This document shows, piece by piece, positions 35,998 to 49,400 of a stretch of 64,000 bases of DNA; position 1 is the stretch's first letter; each line of letters begins with the position of its first letter. This DNA comes from Macrostomum lignano. Its lineage: Eukaryota. The DNA is taken from contig NIVC01000121.1 in the NCBI GenBank assembly GCA_002269645.1, positions 186,001-250,000 on the forward strand, written 5' to 3'. The notes below the pieces were generated by a model. That model searched no databases and was not told the origin of the DNA. It saw only the letters and a program-made list of their open reading frames with translations. A program made the translations under genes and the position numbers.

Positions 35998-38371
35998 TTA
36001 GTAGGCTCTACTCAGGTGGCTTGAGTCCAAGTCGACCTGAAGCATATTCCTCGTGGGCGGTCGGGTCAGGTCAATATTGATGGTCTCGCTGGTGCTGGCC
36101 TCGAGGTCTATGGACGCGTTGTCGCGAATCCGCACCTTCTGCGCTCCGGGCTGCTGACTGCCGCTCACCGCGGCGCTCCTGTAGAAGCAGTGATTGAGGA
36201 ACAGGCCGTAGCTGGCGATGACCAGCACCGTACCCGCAACCAGGTACTCCTTCTTGGCCAGGGTGGTGCCCACGATCAGACAGGTGACTCCGCCGATGGC
36301 AACCAGGGCGATGAGGTGCAGGTAGATTAGATGGATGACGATGGCGCACTCCTGGAAGCTGCAACAGCGCAGACGATTGAACCAGCGACGCGACTGCGGG
36401 CCTTGCAGGGTGTCGGAGCGCCTGCTGAACAGCTGCAGAGTCTTCAGGCCAATCATCCCGGCCGAGGCGGACGCCAGGATGCCGTCCTGCAGCGACTGCG
36501 AGCTCTCGGAGCTGGCCGCGTCTTCGTCATCGTCGCCGTCTTGGTCCTCCTCGTTTGCGTCGGCGTCAGCAGGTGCAGCTGCCGCGGCTTCGATGAGCGC
36601 TGAGCCAGACGGTGTCTCGTAGGTTGTTGACGGGTCCCAGCTGATCTGCTTGCGCAACGGCTGATGATGCTGATGCGGATGTTGAGAGGGGCCACTAGCG
36701 CTCAGACTGGGCGGCGTGCTCAGCTGGGAAGCCAGTGGTTGCGGCCTGCAAGAATTAAAGGATTGATAGTTTAGCACCTTTGCTGAAGTACTTCACACAG
36801 CAATGCTTAAGGTACCTGAAATTACAGGTTGTTTGTTCATCACTCATTCATCACTACGAATGATGGAAAACTTTTGAAGTCAATCAAGCAGTTAATTAGT
36901 TAATAATTAAAACTATTTGTTAATGAGTTTTTACGTTTTCTTTTTAAATAAGGGCACTTTACTACCACGTAAGTTCATACATTGCGTCTCACAACCATGC
37001 AGTGCTGAGGCATACGTTAATTACGAGTACATATGTTATACTCAATCGTTCTGGCAAAAGTTTGGCCATAGACTAGCCTCACATATCTTCATTTCGGCCC
37101 GCTCCTAGATGCAGGGCTAAGCAAAGTATGCAGTTTTTTTGATATACCATCTTTACCATAGACTATAATCCCGGGCCGAATCGTTGTTTCTGCCGGCAGC
37201 GGGGCTGAGTGCAAAAACTGGGGTGGGGGGCTTCGCCCCCACATTTTAACCATAGATAAAATCAACCAGAGTCTGACTACAGTTAAGTAGTGGATATCGG
37301 AATTCTTTTCATTCTGAATTTAACTTCGTTTTTTGTCAACCTGCTGAGCTAGAGAAAAATGATCAATTTGTCAAGAATTGCGACTGGAGATATCTCCGGA
37401 CTTGACACTCTATGGATGAAATCAAGGCTGTAACAGGTCATTGTTCAGTTGTTTTTGTACTGTGCTAAGTTATAGATTATAGCATCACTCTAAAGAAACC
37501 GATTTTTTGTAGGTCATCGCCGCGATGAATCCGTCAATCGATACACCAAGCGCATCTCTGAGAAGAGAAAGATCCAGGTTTCTCGCAGTCTCTGCACTCA
37601 GAGTCGAAGATGTCGAAGGTGGTTTCAATGGAGCACCGCCAGACGGAGTACAATGAGCCTCATGGCCCGTCGCGCAACCCAATAGCTACTCTGGAGAAGG
37701 ATGGAGCTAAGATTAGCTTCTTCTTGTAAAAGAGGCAAGCGGTGAATGGAAGCAAGATGTGAACCTGTAACGGACAATGAATTTTGCTAGCAATGTATGT
37801 GACAGTTTGGTTTGGACGGTTTGGAGTTTAAGAATATCGCATGAATCTGTGCAAAGCTGAGATTTTCTCACCTTTCAGGCGAATTCGGTGGCGGAGCCAG
37901 ACTGCTACTGCCAGCGGTTGTCGGTAATCGCTGCCGTTCTTGACCATTGGAGCTGCTGGGCGCATGTTCCAGTGGACTGTGCCGGTCTCCGTTAGTCACG
38001 ACCACCGCCGCTGCTGCTCCAACATCAGCCGTCGCGGCGCCGCCACCCGAGCCGTCTTGTCGCTCCTCCAGCACGTCGTGCAGGCGTTGCATTTTCTCTT
38101 TCAGCAGGCCAACTTCGGCCACGAGGTCTCGAAACGCTGCCGCGTCCATGCGGATCTGGCGACCCTGGGCGGCCAGGGCGAGCTCTTTAAAGTGCAACTT
38201 GGCCGCGAAGCCGAGCAGCAGCTCGTCTAATTGGCCGGCGAGGCCGCGGACGGCTGCGAGTTGGTCGCGCAGGCGCGTCAGCTGTCGCTCCTGGACAGCC
38301 AGCCGGCCAGAGGCGCGGGCCAGCTGCTGCCGCAGATTGGCGCTGTCTGCTAGGAGAAGATCAACTGCCAT
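35998..38371 (-). CDS. Hypothetical coiled-coil plus two-transmembrane-helix protein; complement(join 37872-38371, 35998-36745), ~415 aa
   Basis: Two GC-rich ORFs join in phase: GAA AG|gtgaga ... ttcttgcag|G CCG CAA. The N-terminus has a heptad-like LRQQLARA...LTRLRDQL and LLKEKMQRLHDVLEE; an acidic/Ser-rich linker follows, then two hydrophobic stretches IVIHLIYLHLIALVAIGGVTCLIVG and YLVAGTVLVIASYGLFL. Upstream exons are possible. Confidence 0.72.
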
Positions 38372-39427
38372 TGCCTGCACGCCTTCCTTTTTTGGTATTG
38401 GCCCTGCTAGTAAAGCGAGCTGTCGTTTTCCCAACTCAAATGGTGGAGGAAGAGGTGGGGGTGGCTTGAGTAGTGCTTAACACTGCGCCAGCCGCTTATC
38501 GCTTCAGTCACGGTGCGGTCTCGGAGTTCACAATAAAATAAGCGAATTAGCCGCTTTAGTCAGTTGGTTTCAATAAGCGTATCAGTTTCAATCGATCCTC
38601 CGCTCTGTCAGAGGTGCCAAGATCTGTTTAGTGCGCGCGAGTGGCCTAAATGAACTGAATGAGTATAATAATGCCAGTCAGAAAGGAGTGGAGTGGATCA
38701 GGAAAGCTCAAGGGTAAGGAGGATCACACACACCAGGATTTTATGAGAGGGATTTCTAGAGCTTGGAGCGTCGTTGGCTCTTATAGAGCAATGAATTAAG
38801 TTAGAAAAGGAGAAAAACTGGCCCCCTGCCGACGCCGACGGAGCCCCAGTCCCCTTAACTTTAAGACTGCGCGGTGGGTGGAGAGGACTGTTCTTATTAT
38901 GCGCTGCTGCGTCAGTAGGGAGGACAGGCCTGAACTGTTTCCTGTAGCTCAATGAAGCGCACTGGGTTGTGGCGCAAGTGTGCCAGCACACAAGCTTGCC
39001 AGATTTAGATTAATCTGCAGGTCCTGCTCAGCCTTACAGAGAGCATCTTGGCCCTAGAGCTCTAATCTCCTTGTTTATTCCGTCCCGTTTGAGACCCCCA
39101 CTCTCTGGGCTACTCCGACGACTCCATTCGCTCATCCTACTCAGCCCATACGGACCACCTGGTCACGCTGACGTCTCAGGGTCAGATGAGCCATTACATT
39201 TTTTCCTGGTGACTCCAAGATCATCTCTTTCTTACCTTAGTCATATAATTCTGCTATCTCCCCTTCTTTTTAGCTATTCAACCTCCATGAAATCCCTAAC
39301 ATAAAGTTCTGCCGTGCGCATTTCTTCATCATATAGTACCTCCCGGAACTGCGGGGGCTGGCTCAAGCGTAAACCCAATCTACTCAGTGCACTAGATGAA
39401 ATGTTTCTGCTGTACCTGCTGCTGGCT

Positions 39428-39459
<32 letters not shown>

Positions 39460-39899
39460 ATCTTCCCCATCCATACAGAAAGTCACTCTAAACCATGCAC
39501 ACTGCTCAGTATTGGGCATAGAGTCAATTCACTATAATAGATCACAGTGAGCATGTTCCTTTCATTCTTCCTCACTGATTCCGTCTAATTTTCGGATGCA
39601 ATAATAGTAAATTAAGCCTGCATTAGAGAATGGAAAATAACTTAAAACCATTGATCCATTAAGTCACATGTGCGATTACACTCCCTGTGATCACGCAAAT
39701 TCGGCCTGTGTGAATGAGGCTTCGCTCTTATTCGCCATCACGGTTTTCCCGCAGGTATTTGTTGGCAGCCATCCTTGCTCATGTCCTCTCGATACTTGTC
39801 GAGAAGATGAGTTCTAATCATCAGTAGATTTTTCTTTGGTAGGCCTGGCTTTGCAATTCTGAGTTAATCTACAAATGTTGTCGTCCTATGACTTACTTG

Positions 39900-40440
39900 A
39901 CTTAGCTGCAGGGGACTACTGGAATCTGGAGAGGTGACGCCGCCCGTTCCGCTAGGGGTGTCGCGCAGGGAGATCCGGTACTTCCGGTGTCCGCAGCGCG
40001 GAGAGTGCAGGAGGTGGTTGGTCGCTCGCCCAGTAGCTTTTAGGTAGTGCACAAACTGGCAGAAATTCTCCGGTCTTTCTTCATCCAGGGCTTTTGTAGA
40101 AGTCCACCACCCGAGTCAGATTGGTCGAGGCCGCGATGCGGTGGTGCAGGTTGAGCTGCAGGACGTTCACTCCCAAGAGTTCGCGGGTGGTCGGCGCAAC
40201 TCCATGGGCTCCTCCCGGGTGAATCGTGGGTTGAGGGGCAGTTTCGGCATTCTCGGCACTATTTCAGTTTTGGGAACGCAGCCGTCTCTGAGATGCCAAT
40301 CGGGTGCTTTTGTTGAAGGTCCCGATGGTCGCCGCCGATGCTCCAGACGGTGATGAAGGGGACCCTGGTGCCTGGGATGTTGAGAACAAAGGCCTCTACG
40401 ACAGATGGACCCAGATTATTGAGCCAATATGGATTCACCA
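39900..40440 (-). mobile_element. Decayed non-LTR retrotransposon fragment (ORF2 endonuclease N-terminus, R1/I-group-like)
   Basis: Minus strand at 40083-40172 reads VNVLQLNLHHRIAASTNL, followed in a shifted frame by QKPW. This resembles the 'LQ.NL.H...AS..L ... QEPW' start of LINE APE domains. Broken by stops and frameshifts; boundaries approximate. Confidence 0.55.
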
Positions 40441-40952
40441 TAAAGGTTTATACAGTGTAGTGTTGGTTGTCCTTGCCACCAGTGTCTTCGACAAGAATCG
40501 TTGAATATCTCGACGATGATGACGTCGGATGACTTTGAACGTTAGTTCGTCGGAAAGGGCGGAAACTTTTGATCCATATGGTGGGATTTTACGAAAATCG
40601 GTAATTTGTTTTGCGAGCTATCGTGAAATGGGTCGTGTGTATTTGTAATACACCCCTCGTGGTCTTTCCCCATGGGGAAAAATAGCGTGGTCTTTCTACT
40701 GTTTCTTTCTACGTGGTCTTTCTAGGGGTTGCTCTTGCAGCATTTCTGGCAATGCAAGCCTGGCAATGCAAAGAGTTTATCGACAATCGTACTGTCCTGC
40801 ACTCGTTAGACTCTTTAAAGGTTAAATAAAAATATTGAATTAATGCTTTTAAGCTTTTGGGCTCAGGTTTACTGTTGAAGATAAATGATCAGCATTAGTT
40901 CCGAGGCAAGAATGCCAACACTAAGCCTTGATGCCAAGCATCAAGGAGAGTC

Positions 40953-41780
40953 CGAGATGCCATGACTCAAGGATTAGTAGCATAGATGCCATGACTCAAG
41001 GGTTAGTAGCTGAGATGCCATGACTCAAGGATTAGTAGCATAGATGCCATGACTCAAGGGTTAGTAGCTGAGATGCCATGACTCAAGGGTTAGTAGCTGA
41101 GATGTCATGGCTCAAGGGCTAGTAACTGAGATGTCATGACTCAAGGGTTAGTAGCTGAGATGCCATGACTCAAGGGTTAGTAGCTGAGATGCCATGACTC
41201 AAGGATTAGTAGCATAGATGCCATGACTCAAGGGTTAGTAGCTGAGATGCCATGACTCAAGGGTTAGTAGCTGAGATGCCATGACTCAAGGGTTAGTAGC
41301 TGAGATGTCATGACTCAAGGGTTAGTAGCTGAGATGCCATGACTCAAGGGTTAGTAGCTGAGATGCCATGACTCAAGGGTTAGTAGCTGAGATGTCATGG
41401 CTCAAGGGTTAGTAGCTGAGATGTCATGGCTCAAGGGTTAGTAGCTGAGATGCCATGACTCAAGGGTTAGTAGCTGAGATGCCATGGCTCAAGGGTTAGT
41501 AGCTGAGATACCATGACTCAAGGGTTAGTAGCTGAGATACCATGACTCAAGGGTTAGTAGCTGAGATGTCATGACTCAAGGGATAGTAGCTGATATGCCA
41601 TGACTCAAGGGTTAGTAGCTGAGATGCCATGACTCAAGGATTAGTAGCTGAGATACCATGACTCAAGGGTTAGTAGCTGAGATGTCATGACTCAAGGGTT
41701 AGTAGCTGATATGCCATGACTCAAGGGATAGTAGCTGATATGCCATGACTCAAGGGTTAGTAGCTGAGATGTCATGACCC
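40953..41780. repeat. 29-bp minisatellite (GAGATGCCATGACTCAAGGGTTAGTAGCT)
   Basis: About 28 tandem units. Confidence 0.97.
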
Positions 41781-42407
41781 AAGTGTCAAAAGTTAAAAAA
41801 AGGTCAATTGCCTGACTCAAGACAACAAATTGAATGAAAGATCTAAGGTAGATTTTGCATAAGATTAGAGTAAAAGAGAAGATTTGCAGAGAACTGAAAG
41901 TACTGCCTCCACTGGAACACAATAGAGTAATATCAGTTTTTTGTGCAGCGACAAAGTAGAAAGAATACGAGCTACTAATTCGTGCCCAATGCACTTCAAC
42001 ACCGGTACTGACGTCACGTGCTGATAAATCTCTTTCGGCCCCACGAGTTTGTTGCAGCAACCGCAATTTTACGGCAAAACCGCCCTCAAGATCGTGCCAC
42101 TGGTTGCCTTTTTCTCATACGAAACTCAACACTCGGTATTCTGATTTTTTCAGAAGCGAAAGAACCAGTTCCACTAGTCACATCACTAGCCACAAGCTTT
42201 TTGACAAACTTTAGCGACGGCACGTGCTGCGCAAACGTGACATTTCATCAGTTCCATGCCGTAGCTAGTTACGACACTGAGAACTTATCTTTAGAAAAAA
42301 CAACCACAAAAACAGTATAAATATGAGACAGATGCTGCGTTATCCTAAACAAAGCGAAGAAAAAGATCCGAACTCTCTCCTCACTCGCCAAGAGACAAGA
42401 CCGTACC

Positions 42408-43246
42408 ATGTTCCGCGTGGTCCTGCTCAGCTGTCTGGTGGCTTTCGCCTACGCCCAGTGCGGCTGCTCGCCGTCGGTAAGAAACAAACTCAGTCAGAAA
42501 AGTTCTATATTACTTAAAGTAACAATTGACGAATGATATAAGACAAAATGCTGAGATGTCACTTTATTTCAACTTCCCGTTAGATGATCAGCGACGAGAA
42601 CGGTCTGCCCAAGGCTGACCCCGAGACCGGTCTCTACGAAGGCGACATGCGGCTCACCAGCAACAACTTCCTCGAACTGCTGGGCCTGAGGAACACCGTC
42701 AGAAACCTGTGGACCACTAAGATCGTGCCCTACACCGTCGTCTCTGGCAATCCGAGCGCCGTCGACAGCGCTCTGGCCTCTCTGCAGTCTCGTCTGAGTA
42801 ACTGCATCCGCTTCAAGAGGCGCAGTGGCGAGAGTGACTACATCGAGGTGTTCAGCGGCTCCGGCTGCTGGTCTTACGTCGGCAGGACTGGTGGCAAGCA
42901 GCAGATGTCCCTGCAGTCGAACGGTTGCTACTCTGTCGGAACCATCCAGCACGAGTTCATCCACGCCATTGGTTTGTTTCACGAGCAGAGCAGGTCCGAC
43001 CGCGATAGCTTCGTTACCGTCCACTGGGGTAACATCAACAACAAGCAGTGCCACAACTTCTACAAGCAGGGCTCCCTGCCGTCCGGATTCCCGGCTTACG
43101 ATTACAAGTCAGTTATGCACTACAGCAGTGGCGCTTTCTCCTGCAATGGCCGCAGCACTCTCACCACCCGCAGCGGTGGCAGCGTTGGTGGCAGCTCCCT
43201 TACCAACCTTGATGTTGCTAAGATCCGCGCTCTCTACAGGTGCTAA
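42408..43246 (+). CDS. Secreted astacin-family (M12A) zinc metalloprotease, copy 1; join(42408-42476, 42584-43246), 243 aa
   Basis: Signal exon MFRVVLLSCLVAFAYAQCGCSPS|gtaag; pro-motif YEGDM; HEFIHAIGLFHEQSRSDRD; Met-turn SVMHY. TATAAATA at 42316 and AATAAA at 43289. Confidence 0.95.
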
Positions 43247-43430
43247 GTTCGCTAACTTTAAAATGTGACATTTTAATTTACAAAAGAAAATAAATCGGAA
43301 CATCTTTAGGCCAAAAAAACTCTTGTAATTTGTTGCGTTTGCCTTTTTGTCTTGAACTGCCACTAGGACAGTCGAATACTACTTGTACAGTAGTATAGTG
43401 CTTATGAATCTAGTTTGTAAGAATCTGCAG

Positions 43431-43754
43431 TAGGGTTGTAGCCTAGTGATTAAAGCGTCGGACTCACGACTTTCGGGGTTCGGTTCCCCGATCCCTGCAC
43501 TGGAAGAACTTGTGTCCTTGAGCAAGACACTTAACTCTGCATTGCTTCAGTTCACCCAGCTGTAAAATGGGTGCCAGCATAAGGTGGGTTAATTGAGGGT
43601 GTGTGGCGACCCCCCCAGTTCTTGGACTGAACAGCCGTACGCAGCCTTCGATGCGCCGCGCGATTGCTGCGGCTGAGCTGTCGGTTGCACATCGGGCCCA
43701 ATTGGAGCAGATGTAATCAATTATACATTATTATTATTATTATTATTATTATTA
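43431..43754 (+). mobile_element. tRNA-derived SINE family A, apparently full length with (TTA)n tail
   Basis: tRNA-like head (tagcctagtg...ctcacga...ggttcggttcc), a CORE-like central block and an (ATT)n tail at 43728-43754. Confidence 0.85.
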
Positions 43755-45342
43755 AGCAAACAAAGAAGAATAAACTCCTAGAACAAGTTGTATGCAACAA
43801 GTTTCGGGAATAAATGCATTATTTGTGTGCGTATTAACACATCGACTATTGTATGGCCATGTTCGTAGCTGCAGAGGTTGGTTCTAAAGCAAAGTACTCG
43901 TAATTTAGTTACTTTACAGCTAAAATACGGAAGTTTTGCATTGGAACTGTAACTCTGTAGGTACACCTTGTCTGAAATCAAGTCTTGGACATTTCTTCTT
44001 CTTTACTAAGTTACCCGTTTCTTTTCTAATTAATCATTTAGATGGTAAAATTCAGTACAAGAGATATCATCGTTCATTACTTCATGGATGGCTAGTCGCC
44101 TTTGCAGTATAAAAACAAAAGATTCCTGAAGTTGTTTTCCAACTAAGCTTGAGTCATGAGGTTACATGTATAATATAATACTATATCTTTTGCAGTAAGG
44201 TTCTTAAAATGTGACTTCTATGACATAATTTTTGGTATGTAGTGCGATTACCATTTGATGTTGAAGTACAAATAACTTACGGAACTGTAGTGAAAACAGG
44301 TGCGAGAATTTTTTAGCCTCTGTCAAAAGTTGTTCCTAACCATCTCGGCCAGGCCATGTGGTCAGTACAGTGTAAAAGACAAGTTGTCGCTTTTATGGTA
44401 ACTTGTCGATATAAAAGCCGCGACAGAATTTTAATTAGAAATCGGATATTAGTTTCTTATCTTGACGAAATTGGTGAGCGCTCTTCACCAGCGCCCATGC
44501 TCGTTGGCGTTTCTAGGAAATGAAAGTATTTGTGTCTTTTAGTCTTCCGACAGGTTATGCCACAATTTCTTTATTACCGAGATGTATCACTCCAGCATTT
44601 GCTAATGTAATTAGTAGCCGTCTCCAAGGCTCCAAAAACCCCGGGGGGGGCCACAGACACTATAGCTACTGCTGCTGCTACGAGTAATGCTTGACAGCAG
44701 AGGAAGCTACAGTCCATGGTCTTAATCAGGTCTTCGGTATTTTTGTTTACTAAATTGAACTAAATTGAACAACTTGAAACTAGTAGACAGAGAATTGAAA
44801 GAAATTGTTTTTTTTAATTTTAAGTTTGATAATCTGATCTATAAAATACGCAGTCCATGCTACTTATAGTAAACAGAGAAAAATAGTTTCATTGTAAAAA
44901 ATAGTCGAAGCTGTTCTATAGCTTATGCTTGATCAAACAAACGCACACATACATATACTTTTAAAGATTTGCGAAAAAGCTAGAAGAAGCTAGAAAAAGC
45001 GAAGGTCGGAATTGTCAACACTTCATTAAAATTAAAATTTTAGTCAGTTTATTAGGCCTATTAAAACAAGTTAGAAACTCCACGTTTGGCCTAGCAAGCT
45101 TCAGCCAAGCAGGAAAGTTTTTTGTTTTGCGCAGCGTTTGCGTTTTACAAGCTGTTGAATCCTACTGGTGCTTGATTGGTGGCACAAGCTCCCGCCCGCG
45201 AAGCCTCCGGCCCTCGGGCCCTTTGAAACTTCACAATAGCAGTCCGGCTGGCTCAAGGCTTGTGTCTCTTTTCAGCTCTCTCCTCTCTAATAACTTCTTT
45301 TTTTCTCTTCTCTCCCTCCTCTCCTCGGGGGGGTTTCACAAA

Positions 45343-46093
45343 CTCGAAATTTCACAAGGTCGAAACTTCACAAGGGCGAAATTTCAGAACATCGAAAACT
45401 CAAATAGCAGCCACTTTCACAAGGTCGAAACTTCACAAGGTCGAAATTTCACAACGTAGAAAACTATTGTATAGCTATTGTTATATTAAATTTTCGACGT
45501 TGTGAAATTTCGACTTTATGAAATCTCTTGCTAGAGTTTTCGGTGTTGTGAAATTTCGATCTTGTGAAATTTCGACCTTGTGAAAGTGGCTGCCATTTGA
45601 GTTTTCTACGTTGTGAAATTTCGACCTTGTGAAATTTCGACCTTATAAAGTCCTTTGCTAAAGGTTTCGATGTTGTGAAATTTCGACCTTGTGAAGTTTC
45701 GACCTTGTGAAAGTGGCTGCTATTTGAGTTTTCGATGTTCTGAAATTTCGACCTTGTGAAGTTTCGACCTTGTGAAAGTGGCTGCTATTTGAGTTTTCGA
45801 TGTTGTGAAATTTCGACCTTGTGAAGTTTCGACCTTGTGAAAGTGGCTGCTATTTGAGTTTTCGATGTTATGAAATTTCGACCTTGTGAAATTTCGACTT
45901 TATGAAATCTCTTGCTAGAGTTTTCGGTGTTGTGAAATTTCGATCTTGTGAAATTTCGACCTTGTGAAAGTGGCTGCCATTTGAGTTTTCTACGTTGTGA
46001 AATTTCGACCTTGTGAAATTTCGACCTTATAAAGTCCTTTGCTAAAGGTTTCGATGTTGTGAAATTTCGACCTTGTGAAGTTTCGACCTTGTG
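45343..46093. repeat. Inverted-orientation arrays of a 17-bp core (GTGAAATTTCGACCTT.)
   Basis: 45343-45465 is in the opposite orientation to 45490-46093, across a ~25-bp AT-rich spacer. A CT-rich low-complexity tract follows at 46100-46320. Confidence 0.88.
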
Positions 46094-46444
46094 AAAGCAC
46101 CCCCTCTCCTCTCCTCTCTTCTCCTATCCTCTCCCTACTCTTCCTTATCTCCTCTTCCTCCTCTCCATTCTCTCCTCTTTTCTCTTTTTTATCCTCTCCT
46201 CTGCTCTCTCCTGTTTCGTCTCTTCCCTCTTCTCCTTTATTCCCTCGCCCATGCTTCCTTCTACATCTCTTCTATCTTCTCTATTCCCTCTGAGCATCTC
46301 CCCTCTCCCCTCCGCTCGCCTGCAGTGATGCTCCGAATTCTTTGTCTGGCCCTTGAGGTAAGAAAGTCTGCCGAACCCTGTTATAAACAAACTTACCAAT
46401 CTTGCCTGATGAATTGTCAATAATATGGCAATACCTCAAAACAA

Positions 46445-49400
46445 TCTTCTATCTTCTATCTATCTATCTATCTTCTTCTTCTAAATATACTAAATCTCTT
46501 CTAATCTATCTATCTTCTATCTTCTAAATATACTAAATCTCTAATATTTGTTTGTTTGTTTGTATGCTTGAATGTCCATAACGCTCTAGAGACTGCAATT
46601 CTTCACCGATTTTGATCGCGTTTTCGCCAAAATATTCAAAATTGTCTGGAAAGAAGACGGTTAAAATTTCTTGTATCTGCTTCAATGCTAAAGGGATTAA
46701 ATATTCGAAAAACATGCTTTTTTTCAAAGGTCAAGCAGCTCTTTCGACTTGAAGTGCACTATACGAATGCTAGAGAAAAAACTGGCTGGCTGAATTCTGA
46801 TTCTGATAAAGATTGCATCACAACAATTTGAAAACACTGTGCCAAGTTGAAAGACAGAAATTGCGTAACCATATAGCAAACTTTAATTGAGACTGATACT
46901 GACTGCCTGCGTATTTAATTATGTCATAGCTGCTTCGTGTGACGTTCACTCGAACAGACTTTGTGTTAGTATTCGTGTATTCGTGTAGCGCTCTAGAGAT
47001 CGAACCAATTGACCAATTTTAATTGCGAGATCAATTTTAATCTCTAATATTTGTTTGTTTGTTTGTATGCTTGAATGTCCATAACGCTCTAGAGACTGCA
47101 ATTCTTCACCGATTTTGATCGCGTTTTCGCCAAAATATTCAAAATTGTCTGGAAAGAAGACGGTTAAAATTTCTTGTATCTGCTTCAATGCTTAAGGGAT
47201 TAAATATTCGAAAAACTGTTTTAAATGGCATTTTTCAATGCAAATTTTATCAGCCAGAAACTTCACAGTCAATTTTAATTGATTGCGCCAGAGCCAACTG
47301 ATAAGAAAACTCACTGGGCCCCACTTAAAGGGGGGGGCAATAAAAATTATTCTGGATGCTGGCAGCCAGCTCTAATTAGCTAGTCTTCTAATCTAAATAT
47401 ACTAAATCTCTAAGGTTTGTATGTCCATAACGCTCTAGAGACTGCAATTCTTCACCGATTTTGATCGCGTTTTCGCCAAAATATTCAAAATTGTCTGGAA
47501 AGAAGACGGTTAAAATTTCTTGTATCTGCTTCAATGCTAAAGGGATTAAATATTCGAAAAACATGCTTTTTTTCAAAGGTCAAGCAGCTCTTTCGACTTG
47601 AAGTGCACGATACGAATGCTAGAGAAAAAACTGGCTGGCTGAATTCTGATTCTGATAAAGATTGCATCACAACAATTTGAAAACACTGTGCCAAGTTGAA
47701 AGACAGAAATTGCGTAACCATATAGCAAACTTTAATTGAGACTGATACTGACTGCCTGCGTATTTAATTATGTCATAGCTGCTTCGTGTGACGTTCACTC
47801 GAACAGACTTTGTGTTAGTATTCGTGTATTCGTGTAGCGCTCTAGAGATCGAACCAATTGACCAATTTTAATTGCGAGATCAATTTTAATCTCTAATATT
47901 TGTTTGTTTGTTTGTATGCTTGAATGTCCATAACGCTCTAGAGACTGCAATTCTTCACCGATTTTGATCGCGTTTTCGCCAAAATATTCAAAATTGTCTG
48001 GAAAGAAGACGGTTAAAATTTCTTGTATCTGCTTCAATGCTTAAGGGATTAAATATTCGAAAAACTGTTTTAAATGGCATTTTTCAATGCAAATTTTATC
48101 AGCCAGAAACTTCACAGTCAATTTTAATTGATTGCGCCAGAGCCAACTGATAAGAAAACTCACTGGGCCCCACTTAAAGGGGGGGGGCAATAAAAATTAT
48201 TCTGGATGCTGGCAGCCAGCTCTAATTAGCTAGTCTTCTAATCTAAATATACTAAATCTCTAAGGTTTGTATGTCCATAACGCTCTAGAGACTGCAATTC
48301 TTCACCGATTTTGATCGCGTTTTCGCCAAAATATTCAAAATTGTCTGGAAAGAAGACGGTTAAAATTTCTTGTATCTGCTTCAATGCTAAAGGGATTAAA
48401 TATTCGAAAAACATGCTTTTTTTCAAAGGTCAAGCAGCTCTTTCGACTTGAAGTGCACTATACGAATGCTAGAGAAAAAACTGGCTGGCTGAATTCTGAT
48501 TCTGATAAAGATTGCATCACAACAATTTGAAAACACTGTGCCAAGTTGAAAGACAGAAATTGCGTAACCATATAGCAAACTTTAATTGAGACTGATACTG
48601 ACTGCCTGCGTATTTAATTATGTCATAGCTGCTTCGTGTGACGTTCACTCGAACAGACTTTGTGTTAGTATTCGTGTATTCGTGTAGCGCTCTAGAGATC
48701 GAACCAATTGACCAATTTTAATTGCGAGATCAATTTTAATCTCTAATATTTGTTTGTTTGTTTGTATGCTTGAATGTCCATAACGCTCTAGAGACTGCAA
48801 TTCTTCACCGATTTTGATCGCGTTTTCGCCAAAATATTCAAAATTGTCTGGAAAGAAGACGGTTAAAATTTCTTGTATCTGCTTCAATGCTTAAGGGATT
48901 AAATATTCGAAAAACTGTTTTAAATGGCATTTTTCAATGCAAATTTTATCAGCCAGAAACTTCACAGTCAATTTTAATTGATTGCGCCAGAGCCAACTGA
49001 TAAGAAAACTCACTGGGCCCCACTTAAAGGGGGGGGGCAATAAAAATTATTCTGGATGCTGGCAGCCAGCTCTAATTAGCTAGTCTTCTAATCTAAATAT
49101 ACTAAATCTCTAAGGTTTGTATGTTTGAATGAATGTCCATAACGCTCTAGAGACTGCAATTCTTCACCGATTTTGATCGCGTTTTCGCCAAAAGATTCAA
49201 TCTAAATATACTAAATCTCTAAGGTTTGTATGTCCATAACGCTCTAGAGACTGCAATTCTTCACCGATTTTGATCGCGTTTTCGCCAAAATATTCAAAAT
49301 TGTCTGGAAAGAAGACGGTTAAAATTTCTTGTATCTGCTTCAATGCTAAAGGGATTAAATATTCGAAAAACATGCTTTTTTTCAAAGGTCAAGCAGCTCT

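Noticed and set aside
37485-37682. 65-aa ORF inside the intron of the coiled-coil/TM gene
   Set aside because: No phase-compatible splice sites were identified, and the flanking exons join directly in frame.
39274-39519. 81-aa minus-strand ORF (…QPPQFREVLYDEEMRTAELYVRDFMEVE)
   Set aside because: It looks protein-like, but part derives from a (GA)n tract. I found no partner exons or recognisable motif; it may be retroelement debris.
43431-43500. tRNA-Val(CAC)-like sequence, also at 3250-3320 and tRNA-like at 18320-18395
   Set aside because: The acceptor and T stems do not pair and the sequences continue into SINE bodies; they are SINE heads, not tRNA genes.
45343-46093. GAAnnTTC cores as heat-shock elements
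   Set aside because: Only two-pentamer units occur; the spacing to a third nGAAn is wrong, so they are not canonical HSEs.
46533-49385. Repeated 62-80-aa ORFs (MKKSMFFEYL..., MKQIQEIL...)
   Set aside because: They are by-products of the 850-bp Helitron repeat on its antisense strand, with no recognisable domain.
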